Shown here: positions 49,658 through 61,063 of the stretch, piece by piece
Numbering within the stretch: position 1 is the stretch's first letter
Layout of the letters: each line of letters opens with the position of its first letter
Source: Malacoraja senta
Lineage: Eukaryota
Assembly (NCBI GenBank): GCA_038087875.1
Contig: CM075977.1
Location: 372,868,001 to 372,932,000, forward strand
Reading direction: 5' to 3'
Length of the DNA stretch: 64,000 nt
Program-made: the position numbers and the translations under genes
Notes under the pieces: generated by a model
Told to the model about the DNA's origin: nothing
The model's input: the letters and a program-made list of their open reading frames with translations, nothing else
Database searches by the model: none

Positions 49658-50555
49658 TTCCATCTGAGTGGTGGCGCCATCGGGTGTGGCTGCCTCGCCT
49701 GCAGCTGTCTGTCAGTTCATTCTTTTTGTTATTTTTAGTGTGTTTTAAAGTTTGTTTTTGGAGGTCTTTTAGTCTTTTTTATGTGGGGGGAGGGGGAAAC
49801 TGTTTTTCTTAGTCACTTCCTGGTCGAGGATGCGACTATTCTCCGAGCCGCATCTTCGCCCCCTCCTTGCGGCCTACCACCTGGATTGGCGCAGCCTTTC
49901 CTGCCGGAGACCGGCCAGAGCCTCAGCTTCAGCAGCGGTGCAGCACTGGATTCGATCGCGGAGCGAGCGATGCCTTACCGGGGTCGCCGTGTTGGAGCTC
50001 CGGAGTGCTGGGACTGCCGACTTTGAACACCGTGTAGTTGTGGTCTGTGGAGCTTCCAGCCGCTGGGGGCACTGACTTTCCAGCCACGGGCGGTGCTGAC
50101 TTTCCAGCCGCGGGTGACGCTGACTTTCCAACCACGGGCGGCGCTGGCTTTAACATCGGTGAGCCCTGGGATCTCTCGCCGAGGTTGCCAGCATTGAATC
50201 TCCGCCCAGCTCGGCATTTGCACTTCGGAAGCCGTGGTCTCCGGTAGGAAGCGGCCCATTCGGAGGCTCCGGGGCTGCTGAGAGTGTTCTTCCGTTCGAG
50301 GGCCTGAAACATCGGGCCCGTAGCGGCGACTGTGGAGGCCTCAATAGGCCCCGACTAAGGGTGAACAGAGGAAGAGGACTGAACTTTGGTGCCTTTCCTC
50401 ACAGTGGGAAACGTTGATTTCGCTGTGAGGGGATGTTTTTATGTTTCATGTTAAATTCTATAGCGTTGTGTTTATCTTATTTGTGTGCTGAATGGTAACT
50501 CAAATTTCACTGCACCAATTGGTGTATGTGACAATAAATGGCCTTTGTCCTTTGT
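49658..50555 (+). mobile_element. GC-rich non-autonomous retroelement with a LINE-like 3' tail
   Basis: Sharp GC/CpG-rich island ending TTTCACTGCACC..GTGACAATAAA plus short repeats; ACCCAT duplicated at 49652-49657 and 50556-50561; interrupts an old minus-strand CR1 3' end. Confidence 0.65.
50054..50149 (+). repeat. Minisatellite, 4 x 24 bp (TTCCAGCCRCGGGYGRYGCTGACT)
   Basis: Four adjacent imperfect copies inside the GC-rich element. Confidence 0.9.
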
Positions 50556-51201
50556 ACCCATAGCTCTTCAGGTTTATTTCCCTCAAGTGCCTGTCCAATT
50601 TATTTAAAAATGACTATTCTAGTACACAATGTCAGGGTACTACCACTTACTTTATTTAAAAAAAGGTTTTTCCTCTCAATCCCTTACTCTCTTATCTAGA
50701 ATGTAGATCTGTGTTCACTCTAATCCTTGCACCATTAGTTAATGGAAATAGATTTTATTTCGCTGCTTGTAGATAAGCCTGTCATAATATTGTACATCGT
50801 TATCCTGTCTACCCTTAGCTTCCTTTCCTTCCGTTTAAACAAACTCAGCTTTTCCAATCTAATATCATTATAAAACCCACTCATTCTGAGAACCATCTCC
50901 TCTGCATCCACTCGTCACCTTCCTACAGTGTGGTGTCCAGAGCTAAATGCAATACTCTAGGCCCAACCAGTGGTTAATATTGCTACTTCATAACTTCCCT
51001 GCTTTTGAAGTCAATGCTGGTGTAAAGCTGAGAATTCCATGAGAATGTTCCCAATAGTATGTGCAGAGGTCTGACCAGGAAATATAAAGTAGTAAATATA
51101 AATTAGATTTAAATGATGTAAAAGAAAGTGAAATAATGGCCCGAGGTTTAACAGAGAAATATTGGCAGACCTACCACGAATATTTCCACAAGTAGCTGAC
51201 T

Positions 51202-51303
51202 ACAAACATACAAGTTCCAAAGTGGCTAACAACAATTTATGCTTTTTTCACACAAAACATACAAGTTCCATAGTGGTTGTCAGCAATTTATGTATTTTTC
51301 ATA
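51202..51303 (+). repeat. Diverged tandem duplication, ~51-bp period
   Basis: AAACATACAAGTTCCA(A/T)AGTGG...CAATTTATG occurs twice. Confidence 0.8.
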
Positions 51304-52548
51304 TTGCGCTCTGCAATTGAACTCATGTGAGAGTGCAGACTTGTCTAAACTCCCCTCCAAGTCTCCTTCATTGATTTTAAGGAAGGGATGTGAGGGACTA
51401 AAGCAAGTGATCTGTTTATGATCATTTGAACAACTTAATTAAAATATTTTAAGTGTTTGAAAATTATTTCAAAATAGATTTTAAAAAAAATCATTTAAAT
51501 AGTCATTGAAAGCCAGAAACATCACTTTTCCAGTGTTGACAGTTGGCTAACCTTCGAGGCTTAATTTAATTAGTTGATGTAATTTTTTCTGCGCCACCCT
51601 ACTCCCTGGATGGTATTTACACTGTGCAAGATCCTCATGCTGATTGGATATTCAAGAAATCCTGCAACATTTTTTTTCCTTTAACTTCTGGGCCAGAGAG
51701 ATCCCGTAACTTTAACAGCACTCTTTAAAATGAAGAACCACAGCCATTTTGGTAATTCATTGCTGAGGTAATTAACTGTGTGGTGGAAGTCTGTGCTTTC
51801 AGAATCTCCACTTTGTAACTGCACGTATTTGAATACCAATTTCTCGCTTTGCAATTTAACCCACAATATTAGTGTGGGTTAAATTGACTCGGCAATATTA
51901 TTAATGCAAAGTCGAGGCCAGTATGTAAAGACTAAAGAATGATTAGAGGATAGTTTAGAATCTGGATCTTAAACAGAGTGTGGAAGGAAGAAAATTAACA
52001 AAACTAGGACATGGATACAGTGAATATTTAGTATATGTAGAGCAAAGAAAATGAAATAAGATGAAAATGAGTTGGAAAGAAGGAAGTAAAATAAAAATTT
52101 CAGGAGTAACTCAGCGGGTCAGGCAGTCTCTCTGGAGGCCATGTATAGGCGATGTTTCAGGTCGGGACCCTTCTTCAGACTGCCAAAAGTAGATTCCAGA
52201 TGGATGAAGGATCAAGAATATTCCAGAATGAAGTAGAAGCAGGAGCACTGGGCAACAAATGAGGCAAGAGTAATCTTGCCAGTCTGAGCAAAGGTGAATC
52301 ATCATCATCATCATCATCGTTGAAGACATCAATGGGCACGGTGCCTTACCACGCTATGTACGACAGTGATCGCAACTTCTACTGAAGTGCGGATGGCCGT
52401 TGGCTCACTTGGAAATGGCTGCTTGCAACTTTTTGTTGTGTTGGATGTGTAAATCTGATGTATTTTTAAGAATGATTGCATTTACCTTTAGCTTCAAGTG
52501 TAACCCGCCTTAAAAAAATGAAACCCATCCACATTTTAAACTTTATAT

Positions 52549-52782
52549 TGTGGCAGCACCTGGTGGCAACCCAAGGGCATAACGAACCATCGGCTCTGGA
52601 GGGCGGCATCTTGGTGTAGGAGGCGCTAGTCACGGGGTCGGTACCTGAATTGGTATTTAAGGCCGGGCAATGCCCGTGACCTTTGAGGAGTAGGGAGCTG
52701 TATTGGAGAGAATAAACACGTCTAGTGCACGCAACTCGTGTCCGAATAGTTTTTGGCTGGACTTCTTCGTGTCCCCGCCACA
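52549..52782 (+). repeat. 5' LTR (234 bp)
   Basis: TG...CA ends, TATTTAA box, AATAAA at 52711-52716. About 19 substitutions plus 1 indel versus the 3' LTR by manual count. Confidence 0.95.
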
Positions 52783-52783
52783 C

Positions 52784-52797
52784 GGGTGATCCTGACG
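52784..52797 (+). other. Primer-binding site, tRNA-Trp type (degenerate)
   Basis: GGGTGATCCTGACG matches 11/14 of TGGTGACCCCGACG (complement of the tRNA-Trp 3' end), 1 nt after the 5' LTR. Confidence 0.75.
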
Positions 52798-55262
52798 CCC
52801 AGGAGTGTAATCCTGGAAGGGAAATTTGAAAAGAAAATGCATTCTGCCGCTGTCGCCTATGAGGCAGACGAGGCCGAAATCAACGCGATCTCCCTGAAGC
52901 TACCTACATTCTGAACCTCGCAGCCGGGGGTTTGGTTTCGACAGGTCGAGTCCCAGTTCTTCATCCGCAGCATCACGGCCGACGAGACTCGCTATCACTA
53001 TGTGGTAAGCGCCATTGACCAGCAGACGGCCGGTCTTGTCATTCCTTATCTCGATAACCCACCAGCGGCGGGTAAGTACGCAGGCCTCAAGGAGCTGCTG
53101 CTCCGGAACTACGGGCCGAGCCGAATGCAGCGCGCCTGTCGGGTCCTTAACATGGGCGGGCTCGGCGAACGGATGCCCTCGGCCCTCATGAGCGAGAAGC
53201 GAGATGCTCATGGGCGACCAACTGCCCTGCCCGCTCTTTGAATTTACCTACTTGCAGCAGTTGCCGCGAGATATCCGCCGGCAGCTCGCGGGGGAGAGCT
53301 TCGAGGATCCCATCCGGCTAGCGGCCAGCGCTGATGAGCTGTGGATCTCTGACCAGCAGCAGGTGGGTGCGCTGGAATACCTGGAACCGCTGGAGTCTCC
53401 GGAATCACTGGACCGGATTGATTCAATTGGCAGGCCCAGCGACCCAGGACCACGCCCACAAGAGGGCCACAACCACAAGAGCCACAGACCAGACAAGTGG
53501 CACAGGAGAGGAGGATGGCTGAGCAGCACCCAGGAGATCCAAGGAGAAGGATGTGGTGTTTTTACCACCAATGCTGTGGTTCAGCAGCCCGCCAATACCG
53601 CCAGCCATGTTCGTTTCCGGGAAACGGCAGCGCCGGCCGCCGATAGTCACCGTGGTGGCCGGCAGGATCCATCGACTGTATGTCTGGGACCGGGGCTCAG
53701 ATTCTTGGTGGACAACCGGGGCGGAGGTCAGCGTATTGCCCCCATCTGGAGTCGGCCTTCGTGCTGGTAAGAGGGACCCCCCATTAACTGCTGCTAATGG
53801 CAGTTCAATCTACTCATATGGCGTCCGCACGGTTCCTGTCATTTTTGGTGCGTACCATTTCACCTTGCCATTCATCATCGCGGACGTGGCCAAACCGCTG
53901 CTGGGCGCAGATTTCCTGCGGGCGCAGTCGCTCCTCGTGGACGTGAGGGGCCAATGTCTCGTCCACGCGTCAATGCTCGAGAAGGTCTCCTTGCGCTCCA
54001 CTGCGCCCACCGCGCCGGTCAGCAACCCCATAGCGACGGTGGACAATGTCTACGCCCAGGTACTGGCTGATTTTCCGGATATTGTCACCTCCAAGTTTGG
54101 CTCGGCCAGCCTGAGGCACGGTGCCATGCACCATATTCTGACCTCGGGTCCACCGCTCCACGCCCGCGTCCGCAGGCTCGCTCCCGACAAGCTCCTCATA
54201 GCAAAGGCGGAGTTTCGGAGTTGGAGGCCATGGTCATCGTTCTAACATGGTGCCAAAGGTGTGCGGCAGCTGGAGGCCGTGCGGGGACTACCACCGCCTT
54301 AACGAGGCCACAACCGCTGATCGTTACCCTATTCCCCACATACAGGACTTAGTGCACGGGCTCGACTTCCTGTTTGTCTACTTGGACAACATCATCGTGG
54401 CAAGTTGCTCGCAAGAGGAACACTGCGTCCACCTGTGTCTACTCTTCTAGCGCCTCAGTGACCATGGCCTCATAATTAACCCTGGCAAGTGTCTATTCGG
54501 CCTTTGGGCCATCAACTTCCTGAGGCATCGGGTGACACAGCACGGAGCAGTGCCTCTGCCGGATAGGGTTGAGGCAATCCGCCAGTTCCCGCGGCTTGCT
54601 ACTGTATGTGGCCTCTGAGAGTTCGTAGGGATGGTCACATTTTTCCACCGGTTCGTTCCGGCAGCTGCCAAACTTTCGCGGCCGCTTTTCCAGTTGCTGA
54701 TCGTCAAGCTACGGGAGGTACAATGGGACGCTGTCGCCACGGCGGTGTTTGAAGGGGCGAAGGAGGCCTTGGCTCGGGCGACTATGCTCGTGCATCCGTC
54801 AGCCGAAGCCACTTACCGTGGATGCTTCGGACTCTGCGGGAGATGGTCGGCATCCTGTCTCCCGTTTCAACGTCGCTTCATGGAGTGGCCCCTTCCCATG
54901 TGCCACTGCCGCTGATGGGCTGCCTGTACTTTTTCTTCGCCGTGACTCCCACAGGTCGCCCTTGCAGCGCCCGTATGAAGGTCCCTTTCTGCTGTGCCAC
55001 GGGCCTACTACATTTGATTTAGACATGGGAGGCCGGCATGAAACTGTGTCTGTGGCTCGTTTGAAACCGGCCCACTTGGACCCGAGCGAGCCAGTCCACA
55101 TGGCTCAACCACCCCGTCACGGGCGACCTCCATCCCGGGCTCCCGGAGATTCTTCCGAACCGAGCAAGCCCCCGGGGGGTGGGATTGTATCTACGTATTC
55201 GGGCCGCCTCGTTCGGCGTCCCGTCCGGTTCGGTGCCTCTGGTTCTGGTGGGGGGGGGGTCA

Positions 55263-55497
55263 TGTGGCGGCACCTGGTAGCAACCCTAAGGGCACAGCGA
55301 ACCATCGGCTCACCAGGGCGGCATCTTGGTGTGGGAGGCGCTAGTCACGGGGTCGGTACCTGAGTTGGTATTTAAGGCCGGGCAACGCCCGTGACCTTTG
55401 AGGAGTAGGGTGCTGTATTGGAGAGAATAAACATGTCTAGTGCACGCAACTTGTGTCCGATAAGCTTTTGGCTGGACTCCTTCGAGTCCCCGCCATA
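55263..55497 (+). repeat. 3' LTR (235 bp)
   Basis: Direct repeat of 52549-52782, preceded by a poly-G PPT; terminal CA mutated to TA. Confidence 0.95.
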
Positions 55498-55899
55498 ATA
55501 TGATGTTTTCCCAGATAGAACAGTAACTTTTTGCAACATGAATTTCTTAATTTCCAAAAAGTGCTTCAATTTGTCAATAAATGGCCCAATTCAGCAACCA
55601 TCTGTAAGATACTGCAGAGAAAACTCAGTGACTTGGATTAATATCAAGAGTTGGCATAGTTTTGTGAGAAATAGCTGCATTTTGAATCTGGTGAAACTAC
55701 ACCCGAGTAGGTAAAATAATGTAATAATCAGCCTTTTTCTAAGAATGGTTAGATAAGAACAGCATGATGCTAACTGATACAAACTCAAACCACTGATTCA
55801 TTACATATGTTCAACTCCCTGAAATGTTTGTCACTAAATAAGCTGGTTCTACCCTTTCTGAACGGTGACATTCAGTAATGTCACGTTCAATATTTGATC

Positions 55900-56135
55900 T
55901 GTGTAGGAAGAAACTGCAGATGCAGGTTTATACAGAAGATAGACACAAATGGCTGGAGTAACTCAGCGGGACAGGCAGCATCTCTGGATAGAAGCAATGG
56001 GTGACGTTTCGGGTCGAGACCCTTCAGACTGAGAGTCAGGGGAGAGGGAGACACAGAGATATGGAAGGGTAAGGTGTGAAAACGAGAGATCAAAGGGGAC
56101 GAAGACCAAGGAAAATGTAGAATAGATCATTGTTA
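55900..56135 (-). mobile_element. Penelope-like element 3' end (longer pLTR fragment)
   Basis: Family arm continuing into upstream pLTR/UTR sequence. Other single-arm or degenerate copies at ~255, 1177, 3190, 9339, 9822, 21782, 29812, 35847, 38815, 48486, 52102, 56305, 57697 and 58600. Confidence 0.8.
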
Positions 56136-57917
56136 GATCAGTGTTGAATCAGCTGATACTGCGGGTGACAACAAGATGACTGTAATCAGGCTGAAATCCA
56201 CACAGAATGGAGAAGGCATCCGTCTTCCTTGTCCAGACTTATCTTCAATGTGGATACACTTTGAAATCTGTTATACTACCTGCGCACTATCAACACTCGC
56301 TTTTCAGAGTGACTTGAAAGGTTGCCTATCCACATTCTCCTGAGATGCTGCCTGACCCGCCGAGCTTCTCCGGGACTCTGTCTTTTTTTGTAAACCAGCA
56401 TCTGCAGTTCCTTTACTATTCTTCTTTAAATCATTTGAAGTGATGAAAAGAACAAAATGTTTGAAAGCTGTTTGGTTAATTTCCATGATATGGAGAGGAA
56501 GGTTAAGCTGAGTGACCATTATTCAATCTTTGCAGTGATTTGTGGGATGCTTTATTCAACTATTATGCAATTTGTTAAAGTTGAGTGAGTTTCTAAGCCA
56601 TTTAAAAACTAACTATATTGGTGAGCAATGTTTAGGGTTTAACTCTTGGAAAGAACGATGGTAATGCATTGCAACATTCCTGCAGAATCAAGGCTTAAAC
56701 ATTGCTTGTAGGAATTAACTATTTAAATTTTCAACATGCCATGTTGCGATTTGAACATTCCTTGAACCATTCGGTGTTCTGTAATACCATCTAGAGCATG
56801 CCACTGTCAGAACCTCCAGTAACGTAATCACTGCACCCATGACTTTTTCTATTAACATTTAATGAATGTTAAATTGTTCTCTATTGGAAAATGTGCGTAG
56901 TTTATTAAATGTAGCCACTTTGCACACATTCCTGTAACCAAATTGTATATTATATAAATGGGGGCTAATTGGTTTTCTTTGAGGGAGTCTGTATTTCTCC
57001 TGCACTGTGGAAACCAACTTCACCCAGCTGAATACTGCTCGCACTATTTTCAAGCTGAAATGACCGTGTGCAACTGTTCGTGCTCATTCAGACACCTAAG
57101 CACCGTGTAGGGAGATTTGTAAAAGTTAGCTGATGTGTGATAAACATTATAGTGTTGGAATTTGTTTTGCCTTTATGGAACCAGGGTAATCAGTGGAAAG
57201 GTAAATTTCACCACTCCTTGTTCATCAATACATTGGATTGAATTAGATTTTGCCGTGTGCTGATACTGGCAAAGTAGAGAATTTAAAAAAATGGCTTTAT
57301 TTACACCTGATATGAAAGAAAAGGCAGAAATAATGCAATAGTCATGTCAGGTCAAGGATTCCCCCCTCAGTTGTTAGAGGAGCTAGACTGCTTTATGTAG
57401 TTGAAATACTAGTTTGGGGCACATTAGGAGAGCCATAGGGAAGGGATCGAGTATACAGAAGCTGAGGAGAGAAAACAAGAGCATTTTGAACTGGAATTAA
57501 CCATTTCCACTGAGAAAGAGGAGGGAAGGACGAGGGCAATGACACAAAGAGAAAGGAGTAGTTTCATGATATTTGATTGAGGATGGAACATGCCTTCAAA
57601 TCACAACAGCAGCTACATAAACAATGTATCTCACCTAGCAAAAGCATTGATAGCCATGGCAATGCAGAAATTACTGATGCGGTAAATGGTAAATAGCAAA
57701 TGCTGGAAAAACTCAACAGGTCAAACAGCAACTGTGAAGAGAAATACTTACTGTATCAGGCCAGTGACTTTTTTAATGAGAGGAAAATAAAGGCAGCATC
57801 TGTGGTGGAAAATGGACTGATGGCAATTTGGGTCGGGACCCTTCTTCAAGAGTCCATTTCCCTCCAAGGATGCTGCCTACTCCAGCACTTTGTGTCGTTT
57901 CACCTTTAAAGCTGGCC

Positions 57918-58583
57918 TGCACCAGTGAGCCCGTCTTCACTGGCTGCCACATGGTCCAGTTGACACTGCTGCTGTTGTGACTCACGTTGTAGCCCCTGGA
58001 CGTCAGCACTCTTCAGGTTGCCGTTATCGACAGGACGCCCCCATCACAATGGGGATCCCTCCCCTCTCACCAGCTGCCGCTTCTTGCTGTTAGCCGTCGC
58101 TTTGTCCATTTCCCGCTTCCCAGGCTCCTCATCCTCCACCGCAGGAGGGGCCGTTGACATCTTCCAAGGTGGAGTATGTCAGCGACTCCAGGGGAGAAGG
58201 AGAAGGGGGTGAGTGAGGAGGGGGGGGGGGGCGAGTGGACAAAGCGAAGGAAGGAGGAAGTAGGGAGGAGACGGACGGCCTAACAGGGAGAAGCGGCAGC
58301 TGGTGAGAGGGGAGGGAGCCCATGGTGGCCCGGCGCGTCCTATTGGTGGCAGCGGCCTGAAGAAAGCGCTGTCCCCCGGGGTTACAATGTGAGCCACATC
58401 AACGGCCACATCAACTGGACTGTGTGGTGGTTGGAGACGGGCTCGCTGGTGCACCTTGTGAGCTGGGGATGACATTGGAATCCTGGGCTGTGGCGACTGG
58501 TGCAAACCGGTGGTGGGTCAGTAGGTCCACCCGCTATAACTGAAATCCATTATAAAGGGGTCCATTAAAACAAGGGTTTACTG
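57918..58583. mobile_element. GC-rich one-ended pogo/Tigger-like non-autonomous element with a long internal inverted repeat
   Basis: Right end reads CAGTAAACCCTTGTTTTAATGGACC on the minus strand with TA outside. Internal arms ~57918-58100 and ~58272-58455 are imperfect reverse complements. Left TIR not found. Confidence 0.6.
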
Positions 58584-59153
58584 TAATTAAATAGCGAGTA
58601 TAGACACAAAAAGCTGGAGTAACTCACGGGACAGGCAGCATCTCAGGAGAGAAGGAATGGGTGACGTTTTGGGTCGAGACCCTTCTTCGGATGGCTATTC
58701 AGACTTGAATAGTGAGTGTTCATATTAAACTAATTCGAAGAACAGAGATCATAAAATGGCAACTTTCACTTATTCAAACATTTAACCACACTATAAAATT
58801 AAAAATCTTGCCTTAGAATAAGTTCATTTTGTAGTTGTGATGCCTGTGAATTCACGTTGCAAAGAAAATTGAATCTGAAAAAATAGCATTTGAAATCTAA
58901 AGCCTATTAGTAAATAATTTTTTTCAATTGATTGGTGTATTTGGGTTATATTCCTGCGGTACAGCTGTAGGAGTCTGAAATAATTTTCAAACTTTGATTG
59001 CTAAAATACTGGCACTCAATTTATTTGGCACATGTACCAATGCACGAAATTTAAATACAGTCAAGCTGGTGCAATATTTGTGTGATACTATTAATTTGTC
59101 ACCTTAAATTGCTACCGTCATTGGTGAGCAATTATGACCACAAGTACTTCACT

Positions 59154-59441
59154 GTTTAGTTTCGTTTAGAGATATGGCGCGGAAACCAGCCCTTCGGCCC
59201 GCCGAGTCCGTGCCGACCAGCGATCACCGTATATTAACACTGTCCTACACACACTAGGGACACTTTACACATACCTGTATGTCTTTGGAGTGTGGGAGGA
59301 AACTGAAGATCTCGGAGAAAATCCACGGGGAGAACGTACAAACGTCATACAGACAGCACCCGTAGTCGAGAGCGAACCTGGGTCTCCGGTGCTGCAAGCG
59401 CTGTCACGCAGCAACTCTACTACTGCGCCACCGTGCCGCCC
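59154..59441 (-). mobile_element. HE1-like V-SINE
   Basis: Head GGGCGGCACGGTGGCGCAG on the minus strand, core and tail. Confidence 0.88.
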
Positions 59442-59456
59442 TGTGATGCAAAAAGT

Positions 59457-61063
59457 GTGTGGAAAGGAACTGCAGATGCTGGTTTATACCAAAGATATAC
59501 AAAATGATGGAGTAACTCATCAGATCAGGCAGCATCTCTGCAGAAAAAGGATGGGTTACATAGATACATAGAAAATAGGTGCAGGAATAGGCCATTCGGC
59601 CCTTCGAACCTGCACCGCCATTCAATATGATCATGGCTGATCATCCAACTCAGTATCCCGTACCTGCCTTCTCTCCATACACCCTGATCCATTTAGCCAC
59701 AAGGGCCACATCTAACTCCCTCTTAAATATAGCCAATGAACTGGCCTCAACTACCCTCTGTGGCAGAGAGTTCCAGAGATTCACCACTCTCTGTGTGAAA
59801 AAGTTTTTCCTCATCTCGGTCTTAAAGGATTTCCCCCTTATCCTTAAGCTGTGACCCCTTGTCCTGGACTTCCCCAACATCGGGAACAATCTTCCTGCAT
59901 CTAGCCTGTCCAACCCCATAAGAATTTTGTACGTTTCTATAAGATCCCCTCTCAATCCCCTAAATTCTAGCGAGTATAAGCCAAGTCTATCCAGTCTTTC
60001 TTCATATGAAAGTCCTGACATCCCAGGAATCAGTCTGGTGAACCTTCTCTGCACTCCCTCTATGGCTATAATGTCCTTCCTCAGATTTGGAGACCAAAAC
60101 TGTACGCAATACTCCAGGTGTGGTCTCACCAAGACCCTGTACAACTGCAGTAGAACCTCCCTGCTCCTATACTCAAATCCTTTTGCTATGAAAGCTAACA
60201 TACCATTCGCTTTTTTCACTGCCTGCTGCACCTGCATGCCTACTTTCAACGACTGGTGTACCATGACACCCAGGTCTCGCTGCATCTCCCCATTTCCTAA
60301 TCGGCCACCATTTAGATAATAGTCTGCTTTCCTGTTTTTGCCACCAAAGTGGATAACCTCACATTTATCCACATTATACTGCATCTGCCAAACATTTGCC
60401 CACTCACCCAGCCTATCCAAGTCACCTTGCAGTCTCCTAGCATCCTCCTCACAGCTAACACTGCCCCCCAGCTTAGTGTCATCTGCAAACTTGGAGATGT
60501 TGCCTTCAATTCCCTCATCCAGTTCATTAATATAAATTGTAAATAGCTGGGGTCCCAGCACTGAGCCTTGCGGTACCCCACTAGTCACTGCCTGCCATTG
60601 TGAAAAGGACCCGTTTACTCCTACTCTTTGCTTCCTGTTTGCCAGCCAGTTCTCTATCCACATGAATACTGAACCCCCAATACCGTGTGCTTTAAGTTTG
60701 TATACTAATCTCTTATGTGGTACCTTGTCGAAAGCCTTCTGATAGTCCAGATACAACACATCCACAGGTTCTCCCTTATCCACTCTACTAGTTACATCCT
60801 CGAAAAATTCTATAAGATTCGTCAGACACGATTTACCTTTCGTAAATCCATGCTGACTTTGTCCAATGATTTCACCACTTTCCAAATGTGCTGCTATCCC
60901 ATCTTTAATAACTGACTCTAGCAGTTTCCCCACTACCGATGTTAGACTAACTGGTCTGTAGTTCAGGTTTGACCCATCCTTTGACCCGAAACGTCACCCA
61001 TCCTTTTTCTCCAGAGATGCTGTGTGACCCGTTGTGTTACTCCAGCATTTTGTGCCTATCTTC
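59457..61063 (-). mobile_element. Penelope-derived hairpin element split by the CR1 insertion
   Basis: Left arm 59457-59556; remainder 60961-61063. Confidence 0.85.
59557..60960 (-). mobile_element. CR1 LINE, 5'-truncated, with an uninterrupted ORF2 reverse-transcriptase C-terminal part
   Basis: Open frame from 60960 (YRPVSLTSVVGKLLE) to the stop at 59650 with QHGF, KAFDKVPH, GVPQGSVLGP and FADD. Followed by the CR1 3' UTR and (TTCTATGT)-like tail. No true start and no endonuclease. Confidence 0.97.

Larger units (their letters stand above)
52549..55497 (+). mobile_element. Ty3/Gypsy LTR retrotransposon, internally deleted and defective
   Basis: LTRs 52549-52782 and 55263-55497, ATAT TSD (52545-52548, 55498-55501), PBS and G-rich PPT. 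gag remnant (LKLPTF..WFRQVESQF), protease (FLVD/TGAEVSVLP, frameshifted), RT pieces (WRPCGDY.RLN, VYLDN), RNase H start (TVDASD) and integrase C-terminal PYEGPF motif. Confidence 0.95.

Noticed and set aside
49781-50344. Overlapping ORFs in the GC-rich island
   Set aside because: Explained by high GC and the 24-bp VNTR.
59927-60915. Plus-strand ORFs over the CR1
   Set aside because: Antisense shadows of the RT frame.
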